Below, in pieces: positions 29,345-43,426 of a DNA stretch of 64,000 nucleotides. The translations under genes were made by a program, and so were the position numbers. This DNA comes from Octopus vulgaris (lineage: Eukaryota), in contig OX597832.1 of NCBI GenBank assembly GCA_951406725.2, positions 70,060,001 to 70,124,000 on the forward strand, read 5' to 3'. Under the pieces are notes generated by a model. That model had not been told where the DNA came from. It ran no database searches and saw only the letters and a list, made by a program, of their open reading frames with translations. Each line of letters opens with the position of its first letter. The first letter of the stretch is position 1.

Positions 29345-30290
29345 GACACAGACACATACCAATATTTAGTTTTTACATTTTGCCACCATCCCACACTATA
29401 AGGAATGTCCCATTCAACAAACACTTGTTCCATATTTATAGACACAAAAAGTCGAGAGAAACGACAGGTAAAACTTTAATAAGTTCTTTTAGCAAGAAAA
29501 ATACCCAGACACTTTAGTAAATCCAGTCATAAGCAAAGCAAAAATAATCAAAATCTTTGTTTTGTGGAGACACTCTCACAATGTGGGGGAAAACCAAAAC
29601 GCACATATATCAATATTCGTATCTTAATTACCCCAAATCCTAAAACATACAACTTATTACATTTCGGCAGAACGATACCTTTACAATTTCGAATCAGTCA
29701 TGAAATTTGAGGAAAATTATTAAAGAATCACAAATTATCAGCAGAAGACAACCACCAAATCTCAAAAGAATCCTAAGAAAGTCGAAATTCACTTCGGAAT
29801 AAGAAATATACAAGAGATAAACAACGGGGAGCGTCGTTGTGGGACATGTGAAATAAGAGGGAGAAACAAAAAGATTAAGGAATGGGAAGGAATTGAATGT
29901 TACTGCAAACGTGAAGTGCAAAACTGAATACAATTCATTTACTGTATCACTTACCCAAAATGCAATGAGAACTACATTTGCCAAAGACGATTAAAGTTAA
30001 TACACGGGTGAGAGGACAGGAATAACAAATTACGAAAAACACTTAGATTAGTAAAGATTTAGACATTTGTGCAAATTGAAAATTCTAAATTCTTTTTTCT
30101 TTTCAAAATAAAAAGAATGATGAGTTATGAAAGGCAACACGAAAATACATTCTAAGAATACTAAATCCAAGTCTAAAGCGAAATTATTCAGCGCCACTAC
30201 AGAAACAGAGCTTCCCTTATATGAACACATCATAACATGTGTGTTTAAAAAGTTGAACAATGAAAACGCAAACACATAAAATAGGAAAAC
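29345..30290 (+). mobile_element. Degenerate Penelope-like element 3' part (thumb/linker and GIY-YIG remnant)
   Basis: SRRQPPNLKRILRKSKF and FIYCITYPKCNENYICQ (GIY..YIG-like spacing); many stops. Confidence 0.6.
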
Positions 30291-30954
30291 TTCCTTCTCA
30301 AAGATTAATCTCGTACTGTTTAAAATTTTTTCTAATAGTTAATAATTGTTAAGAAATGTCTCTTGTGAATATATGAAGTAATTTTTGCAAAATCACAAAC
30401 GCACACATACACACACGCACACAGATATATATATATATACATACAAACAAGTAAACAACAGGCATTTCTCTCTCAATCGAAATCCATGATTTTGTGTGGG
30501 TTGAAAATTTGACGGGAAGTAAGATGGACTGATAGGAGTGGAGAGAGAAAGAAAAAAGGGAAGATAATGAGAGAGTAATGAAGAAGTGGGTGTATTAGGG
30601 TGAGTAAGAGGAAGACTAAAAAAGCGAGATTCTGCATAGTAGCAAGCGATGATATAAATAAGTAAAATTTAAAATTCTCATTTATTCTGATGACAAAGAG
30701 AGGAAATAAAGACAACTTTATCATGACAGTTCATTTTAAGGTAAAAACAAACATCGAAGAATTTAATAAAATTCAAAAACAAAATATTATATCTTGTTTA
30801 TATCACATATATACCAGAAACACATGAAAACAAATACATTTAAGTACTCGTAAGGTTACACGCGTCTGTATGCGTGTATGTAAGTGTACATATAAGCATA
30901 CATTTATATGTGTGCGTTAATCTATATCACCCTGTGCATATATATATATATAAG

Positions 30955-31018
<64 letters not shown>

Positions 31019-31066
31019 CTTATACATATATGCACAGGCTGACATTAGATTAACGCACACATATAA

Positions 31067-31118
<52 letters not shown>

Positions 31119-31242
31119 TGTGTGTTTGTGTGTGTGAATTAATATAAATATATATATATAATTATATACGTGTATGTTTTTGTTGCTATACATTAATAGA
31201 AATACATTTATGAAGATACATATGAATATATACACGTAACTA

Positions 31243-31278
<36 letters not shown>

Positions 31279-32175
31279 TGTATGTATGTATGTATGTATA
31301 TATATATGTATATATATATATGTATATATATAAATATATATATATGTATGTATGCATATATGTATGTATGTAAGTATATATGTCTCTGGCTCTGTATGAA
31401 TGTATGTAATTTATATATGTACACACAAACACAATCACATAGATAAATAGATACACAGACAGAGGAAGTCAGACAGACAGAGAGACAGACAAACAGACAC
31501 ACACACACACACACAGAATCAGTGAGTAAATTAACGTATTTCTATTTGGGAGTTAGTAATAGTGCGTGGAGTCATATTGAAATGTTTCTCCCGGCGGGAG
31601 ATAACGATATTGATTCAACTTAAGCGTCAATATGATTGACGTTGGTCGAGATGGTATCGTCACCGACATCAGCTTCCTCCTCTTCCTCTTCCTCCTCATT
31701 ATTATTATCATCATCATCATCATTATCGTCGTTGTCGTCGTCGTCATCATCATTACCATCGTCGTCCTTATCATCACAGTCATCATTAACGTCATCGTCA
31801 TCATCCTCAACCTCATCTTAAATAAAAACATCAATTCCATCCTTATTAGCGTTTCCATTTCCATTATTACCGTCTTCATCGTTTTCATCTTATTCATCAT
31901 CGCCTTCCTTATCCTCAGCATTCTCCGCTTGCTCTTCATCATAGTTGTCATCATACTATTTTCCTCGCAATAGTCATCTTTTCCCGCTCCTTTCCTGCTC
32001 CTTCCTCACATCCTCTCTATAATAGTCGGCCAGCGATAACGGGATCGCTATTTATACCAGCATCAGTGTCAGTCTCATCGACGCAATGGCTTCAACTGCA
32101 TTTTTCAATCATGCTCATCAGCATCGATGCCATCGCCGCACTGTGGCAATTGTTGTCCAAATTTGCAAAGTCTTT

Positions 32176-32195
32176 CATCCTCCTCCTCCTCCTCC

Positions 32196-32227
<32 letters not shown>

Positions 32228-32467
32228 GTCATCATCATCATCATCGTCGTCGTCGTCGTCGCTGTCGTCGTCATCGTCATCGTCGTCATCATCATCATCA
32301 TCGTCGTGATCATCATCATCATCGTGATCATCATCATCGTCATCATCGTCATCGTCATCGTCATCAGCATCATCATCGTCGTCGTCGTCGTCATCATCAT
32401 CATCGTAATCATCATCGTCATCATCATCATCATCGTCGTCATCGTCATCGTCATCATCATCATCATC
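32176..32467. repeat. Compound (CAT/CGT)n microsatellite; a related inverted tract lies at 33070-33272
   Basis: Source of the poly-H/D/I/M pseudo-ORFs. Confidence 0.9.
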
Positions 32468-32947
32468 GAAATCGTTACAGCCCCAGAAAATGGCAAACAC
32501 AGATCAGTAAGCGATGGCCATTAACTTGATGTCGAATATAATTTGAAAGAACAACACCGTTTTCGGTTATCATAACAATTATTTTCACGTTTAGAATCAT
32601 CTTCGTTGTCGTTGATATCATGACCATCACCATCATCCTCACCACCATTACCAACAACACTATCATCACCAACATCACCATCATCATCATCATCACAATT
32701 AATATGTAGTCACCCTGAAGATTGAGAAGAAAAACAAAATAAATAAGAAAATAAAAAAGAAATTTCAATGAGAAGTATGGCGTCAGCAAGTTAATAAATT
32801 TTGTGCAAAAAATATAATGAATATTTAACCACAAGTCTGTATATACACATGCGTATGCCAATACACACATACACACATACGTTACATATAGAAGCAATAC
32901 GCAGAAACATATAATATACATGCATACATATATATATATCCATATAT

Positions 32948-32988
<41 letters not shown>

Positions 32989-32989
32989 C

Positions 32990-33405
32990 TTTATTTAAAG
33001 CAGCAGAAAATTCAACAAAACCTGTTACAATGATGACGACGACAGCAAGGATGAAGATGTAGAAAGCGAACATGATGACGATGATGATGATGACGATGAC
33101 GATGACGACGACGACGATGATGATGATGATGACGATGATGAATACGATGATGATGATGACGACGACGATGATGATGATGATGATGACGATGATGATGACG
33201 ATGATGATGATGACGATGATGATCACGATGATGATGATGATCACGACGATGATGATGATGATGACGACGATGAACGGCAACGGGAAACTCAGAGTAACAG
33301 GTTTTGTTGAATTTTCTGCTGCTTTAAATAAAGCATATTACTCTACCACTGGTATTTGAGTACTCTTTTTTCCACCTTGTTTCACATTTATGTGTTTACT
33401 CCGGT
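32990..33405 (+). mobile_element. PLE-terminal-repeat-like unit with ~40-bp inverted arms; related copy at 61517-61670
   Basis: tttatttaaagcagcagaaaattcaacaaaacctgttac versus gtaacaggttttgttgaattttctgctgctttaaataaa; GAAActcagagTA resembles the 3' half of a hammerhead; tail nearly identical to 61560-61670. Confidence 0.6.
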
Positions 33406-34099
33406 ATATATATATAAATTATATGTAAATATCATATAGTCATATGCAACAATCTATTTAAATATACATATGTATACGAATTTATATATCTATATATTCA
33501 GTAAATGCATGCATTGCATGCATATATGTGTGTGTATGTATATATATATATATATATATATATGCATATTATTTAAATATATAGATAAGTATAATACTTA
33601 AAGAAATCATATATTGTATTTATACCATAGATACAAATGTACGTATAGGTATATATAACATATGTGTGTGTATGTGTGTGTTGTGTCTGCTTACATGCAT
33701 ACATACATTCACGTGCACATATATGCATGCACGAATGTGTTATATATATATACGTTCTATGTGTACCTATATAAGCATTAACACACACCGTGTCAATAAA
33801 ATGGGTTTTGGTAGCCTGTTGTATAAAAAGAGCCTGACAGTGAAATGACAAATAAAGAATACGTATAAAACACACGTCACACAACGTCATACTCATGCAC
33901 CATACATGGTCACACAAACGCACATATTTACACATATATACATAAAGGAGTACATATTCATGTATCAGCATACACCATGAGTGCTTGTGGTATACGTATT
34001 AAGAGTGAGGATACTGATGTTGACATTAGACACATAATAGTACATACTCACGGGAGAGATTCCATATACACACCTAATATGACACAGTTACATGCACGC

Positions 34100-34228
<129 letters not shown>

Positions 34229-34302
34229 TATTGATAGAAGAATAGATAGAGTGATAGATAACATATATATATGCATATGCAAACATATACATAAAATAAA
34301 TT

Positions 34303-34430
<128 letters not shown>

Positions 34431-34431
34431 C

Positions 34432-34467
<36 letters not shown>

Positions 34468-34651
34468 TGTGTATGTATATGTATGAGTGTATTCAAATAG
34501 GCATATAGGTCTATACATACATAGAGTGTATGTATCTTTTGAAGGAAAGCCTCGGTGGTGTCATCGATGAAATTCGATGAAATATGAGACAAAATAAGGA
34601 AAAAATACAATAATATATATAATATATAATATCAATAAAGATAAAATTAAT

Positions 34652-34687
<36 letters not shown>

Positions 34688-35270
34688 AATAATAATAATA
34701 ATAGTAATAGTTCACTCGCATAATGATATTCTCTTATCTTTTCTCATTTGAAATAACAAAAAATCCTCAAAATTACATAGAAAAAACTAAAAATATAACC
34801 CATTTTAATAGATGTACAATAAAATGAAATGAAATAAAAAGTTTTTCACAAAAAATACTATAACACCGAGAAATCACAATAGTTCGTTTATTCTTTTCAA
34901 CTGATAATAGGAATTATATGAACTTTATATATTTATTCATTTATTTATTCAGTTTTCCTTTATATATGGGTGTGAGTTATTGAGAATTATTTTGTCTTGT
35001 TATATTTTTTTATTTTAGTATTTTATTTATTATAATTTTTTGTTCATCTTGTGCTCGTTGCATTGTTCTTATTTCCAAGATGTTGGTAATCAGTGAGAGA
35101 AAATGTCAACCCGGGATTTATTTGTTTATAATACAAAATCATTGACTCTCTAGATTTAATTTACCTGAAAAGGAGAAAAATTTGATCTGAAATTTGACGA
35201 AAATATATCATCATCATCATCATCATCATCAACACCATCGTAGCAATAATAACAACAATGATGATAATAA

Positions 35271-35325
<55 letters not shown>

Positions 35326-35358
35326 GTAATAATAATAATGATAATAATGATAATAATG

Positions 35359-35458
<100 letters not shown>

Positions 35459-35713
35459 CAGTAGTACAATAGAAATTAGTTAAGACACTTATTAAGATTT
35501 ATGAAAATCGTAGTTCAGTATCTTTATGATTGCGTTGGTCTAGATGAGGCCCGTTCGTATCTCATCCCTATATGTACATATGTGTGTATATATACACATA
35601 TATCTATGTATGTAGAGAGAGAGAGAGAGAAAGAGAAAGCAGATACATAAATATATATATACGTATGTATATATATGCCTACATACACACATGCACACAA
35701 TACTCACACATGC

Positions 35714-35882
<169 letters not shown>

Positions 35883-35890
35883 GAGATACA

Positions 35891-37377
35891 CAGTGGTATC
35901 TCGCACTACGAGTTTAATTCGTTCAATGACCGAGTTCGTCTTATGATTTATTAGTTTTACAAATTAATTTTCCCCATGAAATGAACTAAAATATAATTAA
36001 TGCGTTCCAGCCCCGCAAAACCACCCAAAAATAGTCTTTCATGGGTTTTAAAACTGAAAAATTGCATTTATGAGTTATAAAAAAACGAACGCATAAGAAA
36101 TATGTAAACTAGTTTCATGACTGTATTACCTTAAGGATGGGACGACTTTTGCGCGAGGAAAACGATAGAGCGGGGAGAATTATTATTTGGAAAGAGAATC
36201 TCCTTCTATGAAGACTTTATGAAGAACAATTTATGGCATTTTCTCTTTCACTTCGCTTAAATTGGGCTTTTGGGAAGCACTTTCTTGACTTTTTATACAT
36301 TACGTCGTTTCGTTAGAAACCTTTCAAGAGAAGTCTACTTTTTCCTGCCTTTCAAAATGTTACGAAAATGCGCCAGAGCAGTGTCAGTAAATAAACACAG
36401 CTGCGCAACACGTAGCTACTTTTCAAGATGATATTTTTCTACAAATTTAGAAACATACTGTAGCCTGGCATTTTCTTCTCCTCTACAGTTATGTAGGTTC
36501 TTCTAGGCTTTTCTTTTGTTTTGTGCAAAAAAGGTAAGTTTCCTCACAACAGAATATCTATTGTGAGATGTACCTCTCGGCGGCGATGAGCTGACGAAAT
36601 CTTCACTTGCCTTCGAGTCAGAACTCGCTGCTTCTCCATACCTGACGACGCTATGAACACCAGTCCTCTTCTTGAAATTATCAAACCAGCCGCGACTGGC
36701 CTTAAATGCATCTGTTGCTGTTCCAGGGTTCTGCTACAGGGGATCCCCATACAGCGTTCCTGATTTCTTGCAGAGGAAGGTTTCCATAATCATAAACTCT
36801 TCGAGCTGTTTCTCATTGATCCATAGGAGAAGCTATTTTCCATCCTTTCGTGGACAGATGTGCGTTGCTCGGAGAGCCTGGAGGCACCATTTACTTTTGT
36901 AAAGGTCTTTTTTTCTCCAGAATGGTGCAGATAGTCGACTTGCTTCAGTTGTATTGACGTGCTATGTCCACTTCGCGCACTCTTATCTCATGTTTATCAA
37001 ATATTTCCTTCTTCAGTTCTATCGTGATCAATATTTCTTTCTCAGCGCTGTCCTTTGCACTAATCTTCTTAGGACCCATGCCTAACACAACTGAATACTA
37101 TAAAATTATAGCAAAATATGCACAATAGTAAATAGAAACACTGAGAAAAATACAACAGAGAAGCTACCACAACGTGATAAACACTTGAACTGAACGAGCG
37201 GAGATTGCACTTGTTGCGCGAGAGTGTACGAGCTCAGAGCCGACTAGTGGTCGCTTGTATTAAACTCGCTCGTGCTGCGGAATTCCGCTCGTACTTCAAG
37301 ACAAAATTTCACAGGAGCCTCGGCTCTTACAGCAAATTACTTGTACAACGGTGCACTCGTACTGCGATGTTCTATTG
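35891..37377 (-). mobile_element. Tigger/pogo-like (Tc1-mariner superfamily) DNA transposon, internally deleted
   Basis: Imperfect ~23-bp TIRs cagtggtatctcgcactacgagt / actcgtactgcgatgttctattg(ta). Minus-strand remnants: MGPKKISAK..ITIELKKEIFDKHE..SKSTICTILEKK (CENP-B-type HTH, ATG at 37079), FKASRGWFDNFKKRTG..GEAASSD, and C-terminal LAHFRNILKGRKK*TSLERF. No DDE domain seen. Confidence 0.88.
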
Positions 37378-37382
37378 TATAG

Positions 37383-37537
37383 CCGTAGTTGTGTGGTTAG
37401 AAGCTTGCTTCTCAACTACATAGTACCAGGTTCAGTCCCACTGCGTAGCAAATTGGGGAACTCTATTTTGCTATGGCCTCCGACCAACCAAAGCCTTGTA
37501 AGTGCATTTGGTAGACGGAAACTGAAAGAAGCCTGTC

Positions 37538-37540
<3 letters not shown>
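37383..37540 (+). mobile_element. SINE family A, 5' half (3' half at ~39915-40120)
   Basis: gtgtggttagaagcttgct...ggttcagtcccactgcg...gacggaaactgaaagaagcctgtcgta, then (TA)n. Confidence 0.8.
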
Positions 37541-37573
<33 letters not shown>

Positions 37574-37679
37574 AATGTGAGGATAAAATTCTTTTCGAAA
37601 AAAAAGTATTTTCTCGAAAAAAATTTCAACAATGGCCAGCATATAAAAAAATACCTTTAACGGTTAAATTCATAAACAA

Positions 37680-38157
37680 TTCATAAATGAGGGCAACGGA
37701 AAAAATTCTAATGCCAAATATGCCGAAAAATTGGACATATTGTCCATTAACCATATAATTTTTTCACAATACGCACGCTACTCGAAAAAGGTCGACAGAA
37801 ATTTCTAAAAATTTCCATTATTACCATATCGGACCGATTTCAGAGTTAGCTACTAAGAGCCCCTCTTCGTCAGTGATACATGTGGCAAAAGAAATAAATG
37901 AGATACTTACTCATATCCGTATGAGTAAGTATCTCATTTATTTCTTTTGCCACATGTATCACTGACGAAGGGAGGCCTCTTAGTAGTTAACTCTGAAATC
38001 GGTCCAATATGGTACTAATGGAATTTTTTAGAAATTTCTGTCGACCTTTTTCGAGTAGCGTGCGTATTGTGAAAATATTATATGGTTAATGGACAATATG
38101 TCCAATTTTTCGGCATATTTGGCATTAGAATTTTTTTCCTTTGCCCTCATTTATGAA
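37680..38157. repeat. ~480-bp near-perfect palindrome with a hammerhead motif in each arm
   Basis: Arms ttcataaatgagggcaa... / ...ttgccctcatttatgaa; centre tcata-tccg-tatga at ~37918. Confidence 0.93.
37826..37880 (-). ncRNA. Type I hammerhead ribozyme motif, weak stems I and III (plus-strand mirror at 37957-38010)
   Basis: Minus strand: tatca-CTGACGA-agag[gggctcttagtagctaa]ctct-GAAA-tcgg-TC-cgata. Confidence 0.6.
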
Positions 38158-38213
<56 letters not shown>

Positions 38214-38220
38214 AAATAAA

Positions 38221-39365
38221 ATATATAAGAGAGTGGTCACTATATGGCTCACTCTAGCACCAGTTAATCCAAAAGGTTTCAACCACAAAAATACATGTTT
38301 CCCATGAAAGTCAGTACGATTGTTAGCTCACACGGACAGGGCAAATAAAAAATAACAAATACAGATTATTTTGGGACAATTGTTTCGCTATTAATGAATT
38401 AAATGTAATTTTACTTACAATAAAATCCACTTGTAGCTCTTCAGCCAAAACTATCTGGATGAAATCCACTCAATCACACGCCAGCTACAAGTGGATTTTA
38501 TTGTAAGTAAAATTACATTTAATTCATTAATAGCGAAACAATTGTCCCAAAATAATCTGTATTTGTTATTTTTTATTTGCCCTGTCCGTGTGAGCTAACA
38601 ATCGTACTGACTTTCATGGGAAACATGTATTTTTGTGGTTGAAACCTTTTGGATTAACTGGTGCTAGAGTGAGCCATATAGTGACCACTCTCTTATATTT
38701 ATTTTGTAAAAATATTATAATATATTATAAAATATTATAATAATCCAGGTTTCTCGAAGCACTAGGCCACTTGGTGTAGAATAGATATACTATTAAATTA
38801 GTATCTAATTCTCTCACCCTTATTAATTAATTATAATTATGCTGCATTTATTTCTAAATGCTGTATTTGTTTTCCGTGAAAGTTTGGCGCGCTGTTAGTT
38901 GGGGCATTTGAATTATAACGTCGGATGTAATCAATTGAACCACACGCGTATTTATCGTTATGGTAAAATCTGGCGTGTGATTGAGTGGATTTCATCCAGA
39001 TAGTTTTGGCTGAAGAGCTACAAGTGGATTTTATTGTAAGTAAAATTACATTTAATTCATTAATAGCGAAACAATTGTCCCAAAATAATCTGTATTTGTT
39101 ATTTTTTATTTGCCCTGTCCGTGTGAGCTAACAATCGTACTGACTTTCATGGGAAACATGTATTTTTGTGGTTAAAACCTTTTGGATTAACTGGTGCTAG
39201 AGTGAGCCATATAGTGACCACTCTCTTATATTTATTTTGTAAAAATATTATAATATATTATAAAATATTATAATAATCCAGGTTTCTCGAAGCACTAGGC
39301 CACTTGGTGTAGAATAGATATACTATTAAATTAGTATCTAATTCTCTCACCCTTATTAATTAATT
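38221..39365. mobile_element. ORF-less PLE pseudo-LTR-like array: one inverted copy plus two direct copies with a 533-bp period
   Basis: 38221-38482 is the reverse complement of ~38970-39230; 38484-38835 repeats at 39017-39365; flanked by (TA)n. Confidence 0.85.
39004..39085 (+). ncRNA. Type I hammerhead ribozyme (complete minus-strand copy at 38369-38450)
   Basis: ttttgg-CTGAAGA-gcta[43 nt]tagc-GAAA-caattg-TC-ccaaaa: 6-bp stem I, 4-bp stem II base, palindromic stem III ACAATTGT; predicted cleavage after C39079. Confidence 0.85.
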
Positions 39366-39872
39366 ATATATATATATATATATTTAAACATAATAAAATA
39401 GGGTAATAATAAATTATTATTACCAGTAGCCTAGCACAAAAAAACGAATTAGTCATTAGACTATATATTATTCATATAGAAATACAATAAGAGGCTTCCA
39501 AATAGGAAAGCGTTGTGCTAGAAAGGGCAGTAGAAATCTCAAGACCACAAAAAGGATAAATTCACGAAAGGAACGAAAATTAAAAACGTTTACCATCTCA
39601 ACTATTTCCCAGACCGACGGTTTTTAACTATTTCCAGCAAAAAAAGTATTTGCTGAAGGCCAGTTTTCTTCAGTGGGACAGCCATTAGATTTCAGACGTA
39701 CAGACCGCCAGATCCACATGTAGAACTAACGGTTTTTAAATCCTAACTTTTCAAACCACTGCGCAGACGCAGATTATACCCGGCGACAGAGAGGATGCCG
39801 GTAAAAATTTCGAACAAATTTATCAAACAATATTTAAACATAATAAAATAGGGTTTGGAAGCCTCTTATTGA

Positions 39873-39913
<41 letters not shown>

Positions 39914-39914
39914 T

Positions 39915-40120
39915 ATTTGTGTGTGCCTTTGTGTCTGTATTTTCTCCACTGCCAACATCGTTTGACAGCCGATGTTAGTGTGTTTACTTCCCTGCAATTC
40001 AATGGTTCATAGAAGTGCTAAGCTTACAAAAAGTAAGACCTGGAGTCGATTTTCTCAACTAAAACTTATGCGGCAGCATGGCTGCAGTCAAATGGCTTTA
40101 ACAAATAAAAGAATAAAACA
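39915..40120 (+). mobile_element. SINE family A, 3' half
   Basis: tttgacagccgatgttagtgtgtttac...gcagcatggctgcagtcaaatg...aaaagaataaaa. Confidence 0.7.
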
Positions 40121-40151
40121 ATTATATGTGTGTGTGTTTGTGTGTGTGTGT

Positions 40152-40238
<87 letters not shown>

Positions 40239-40256
40239 GTGGTGGTCTACGCCTTA

Positions 40257-40678
40257 TGCAGAGTTTGACCACCTGCTGTTCCTACACCACAGGACCATCA
40301 TAACATGTGATGTGGCTTTTTAAACCAAACTTCTGAAAAGACACCCACATAGATTGCACATCCGATATGGACGACCAAGAGCTGCAGGTAAGTTCTGATC
40401 TTTGTGGATCTTATAAGGTCTTTCGAGGCCTCCGTTAGATTTGCAAACCTTCTGGCATACACTGCATTCAAAGGTGTGCACAGACATATAGGCTGAAGAG
40501 TTGGTGGAGTTTTGTTTTCCAGGGTTTGCAGATGAAATTTGAGCCCAGCATGGTCTGTCACAGACTGTGCACACAAAAAGTTCATTGTCCTTCACCTTCT
40601 CGATCGTAACATCGGTGACTAAACTGGCAATCCCACCAGGCTTGCTTTGTGAGGAGGGTGTTGTTGGACACCTTGCGG
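40257..40678 (-). mobile_element. RTE-type LINE 3' fragment with three degenerate C2H2 fingers
   Basis: FVCTVCDRPC, FECSVCQKVCKSNGGLERPYKIH and MCNLCGCLFRSLV on the minus strand. Confidence 0.7.
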
Positions 40679-40682
40679 GATA

Positions 40683-40718
<36 letters not shown>

Positions 40719-40744
40719 TGTATGTATGTATGCATGTATATTTA

Positions 40745-41175
40745 GGCGCAAGTATGGCTCTGTTTAAGCAGATTGCTTCCCAACCCCATGATTCCGGTTT
40801 CAGTCCCACTGCGTGGCAGTTTGGGAGACTGTCTTCTGCTATAGCCTCGGGCCGACTAAAGACGGGACTCGGTTTCTAGACAGAAACTGAAAGAATCCAA
40901 TCGTATAGACTTGTGTCTGTGTATGTGTGTGTGCATGTGTCTGTGTTTGTGTTTGTATGTGTGTGTGTGCCTGTGTTTGTGTGTGTGTGTGTGTTCTTCT
41001 CCCACCAGCACTTGACAATCAGTGTTGGTGTGTTTACTGTCCGTGTAGCCTACGGTTGGCAAAAGACACCTATAGGATAAGTATGAATTTTGAAAATATA
41101 GTGATGGGATCGCCTCATCCGATTAAAAATACTTGAAAGTGGCGCTCCAGCATGGCTGCAGATTAATTACTGAAA
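40745..41175 (+). mobile_element. SINE family A, diverged
   Basis: ggcgcaagtatggctctg...cagtcccactgcgtggca...atagcctcgggccgac...ctccagcatggctgcag. Confidence 0.8.
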
Positions 41176-41901
41176 CGCACATACACATACACACGCACAC
41201 ACACGCGCACACGCACACAAACACACACACACATACACATAGGAGTAGATAGATAGAAAGACAGATAGATCTCTCATTTAAATGAATGTTAATTACTTTT
41301 TTGTGATGATATCTGAAAAGAAACTGCAATTTTAGGAAAACATATTAAGCAACACTAATAATAAAACAAAAAACAAAAATAAACAAGCTTTTGACGTTTT
41401 TATAGATATATCAAAATCATGATGCTATGATGCAAGGTGTTTCCATTATTTTGTCCAACAGGTAACATTAATTAACTAACAAGAGATAAATATATTGAAT
41501 ACAAAAAAAAAAATATATTCGAAATATTCATTTTCAGATTTATTTTTTTTTTTTTGTAAATGGCTTCTCTGAATTATTTATTTTGTAAACATTCCATTTT
41601 AGTCTATAAGTATACACACAGTTCTGTATTTTTCTGAATAATTCTTTCATAACCATTTCAACAAAGCATAGCTTTGTTGAACTGAAACCTGTTAATGTTT
41701 ATCACCCCTGCTTGGTACAATTAAGAAAATAATATTTTACATTTATTAATACAATAATTTCTTTGTTGTATATTTATGTCCACGGATGTTTATTGTTTTT
41801 ATTTCACGGCATAATATTGGCATATATGATGATTCTTGTAAGCCACGGTTACGTTTTCATACCTAAGACATATCTACCATTATTCAATAGTATAAAGCTT
41901 G

Positions 41902-41958
<57 letters not shown>

Positions 41959-42402
41959 CACACTAACACCCTACCACCTCCACACGCATACATACAAACA
42001 CACACGCACACACCCAAACTTGTTAAAGACTTGTCAAAGTCACTTCACTCCTACCCACCTCCTCTCTTTCTTGTTACCCTACCACCACTACCACACACAT
42101 CCCGCACCCCACCACTCCCCACAAAGTCACTGGCCCCTATTCAAACACACACTTGCACATTCATACACGCCATTCTCACATATACAACCACGCACACGCT
42201 CTTTCAGTTGGGGTCACCGTCACTTTATTACCTCCTTTTCTTCCAATCTCTTCTTTCAAACTCCTTTTTTAATTCGTCGCCATACTTGATCTACAAGTTT
42301 TTCTCATTGTCTCTCTGATATTTTCTCTCTTATTCCTTTTTGTTGTAGAGCGTAGGGTCGAAACGTTAAAGACTTATTCTTTTTCCCGGGCGTCAAACAA
42401 AT

Positions 42403-42489
<87 letters not shown>

Positions 42490-42491
<2 letters not shown>

Positions 42492-42885
42492 CGCAGGAGT
42501 GGCTGTGTAGTAAGTAGCTTGTTTACCAACCACACAGTTCCGTGTCCAGTCCCACTGCGTGGCACCTTCGGCAAGTGTCTTCTACTATAGCCTCGGGCCG
42601 ACCAAAGCTTTGTTCGTGGATTTGGTGGACAGAAACTGAAAAGAAACCCGTCGTATATATGTATATATATATATGCGTGTGTGTGTTTGTCCCCCTAGCA
42701 TTGCTTGACAACCGATGCTGGTATGTTTATGTCCCCGTTACTTAGCGGTTCGGCAAAAAAGACCGATAGAATAAATACCAGGCATACAAAAAGAATAAGT
42801 CCCGGGGTCGAGTTGCTCGATTCAAGGCGGTGCTCCAGCATGGCCGCAGTCAAATGACTGAAACAAGTAAAAGAGTAAAAGAGAG
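42490..42885 (+). mobile_element. SINE family A, full length
   Basis: ggcgcaggagtggctgtg.agtaag (A-box-like), gt.cagtccc (B-box-like), internal microsatellite, (gtaaaaga)n tail. Confidence 0.9.
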
Positions 42886-42911
42886 TATATATATATATAT
42901 ATATGTGTGTG

Positions 42912-42942
<31 letters not shown>

Positions 42943-42959
42943 GCATATATATATATATA

Positions 42960-43007
<48 letters not shown>

Positions 43008-43080
43008 CATATATATATATATACATGTATATATACATACATAAATAAATATGTATATATATACATATATTTATATATAC

Positions 43081-43133
<53 letters not shown>

Positions 43134-43159
43134 TAAAGATATATATATATATATATATA

Positions 43160-43214
<55 letters not shown>

Positions 43215-43426
43215 GTGTGTATATATATATATACATATATATATGCATATATATATATATGCATATATATATATATATATATGTGAAATAGAAAGATGAA
43301 TAATCTTGTAGCAGATTAATCAAAAGTTTAACCGATACCTTGGTAGCAAAAATCACAGCAGAAGACAGCACGGTTGAGGTACAACCATATGGTGTTGCAA
43401 CCGTGCGTTGGTACGGATAATTGAAT

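Noticed and set aside
42490-42565. tRNA gene
   Set aside because: The A/B-box-like head continues into a SINE body repeated many times; no cloverleaf evident.
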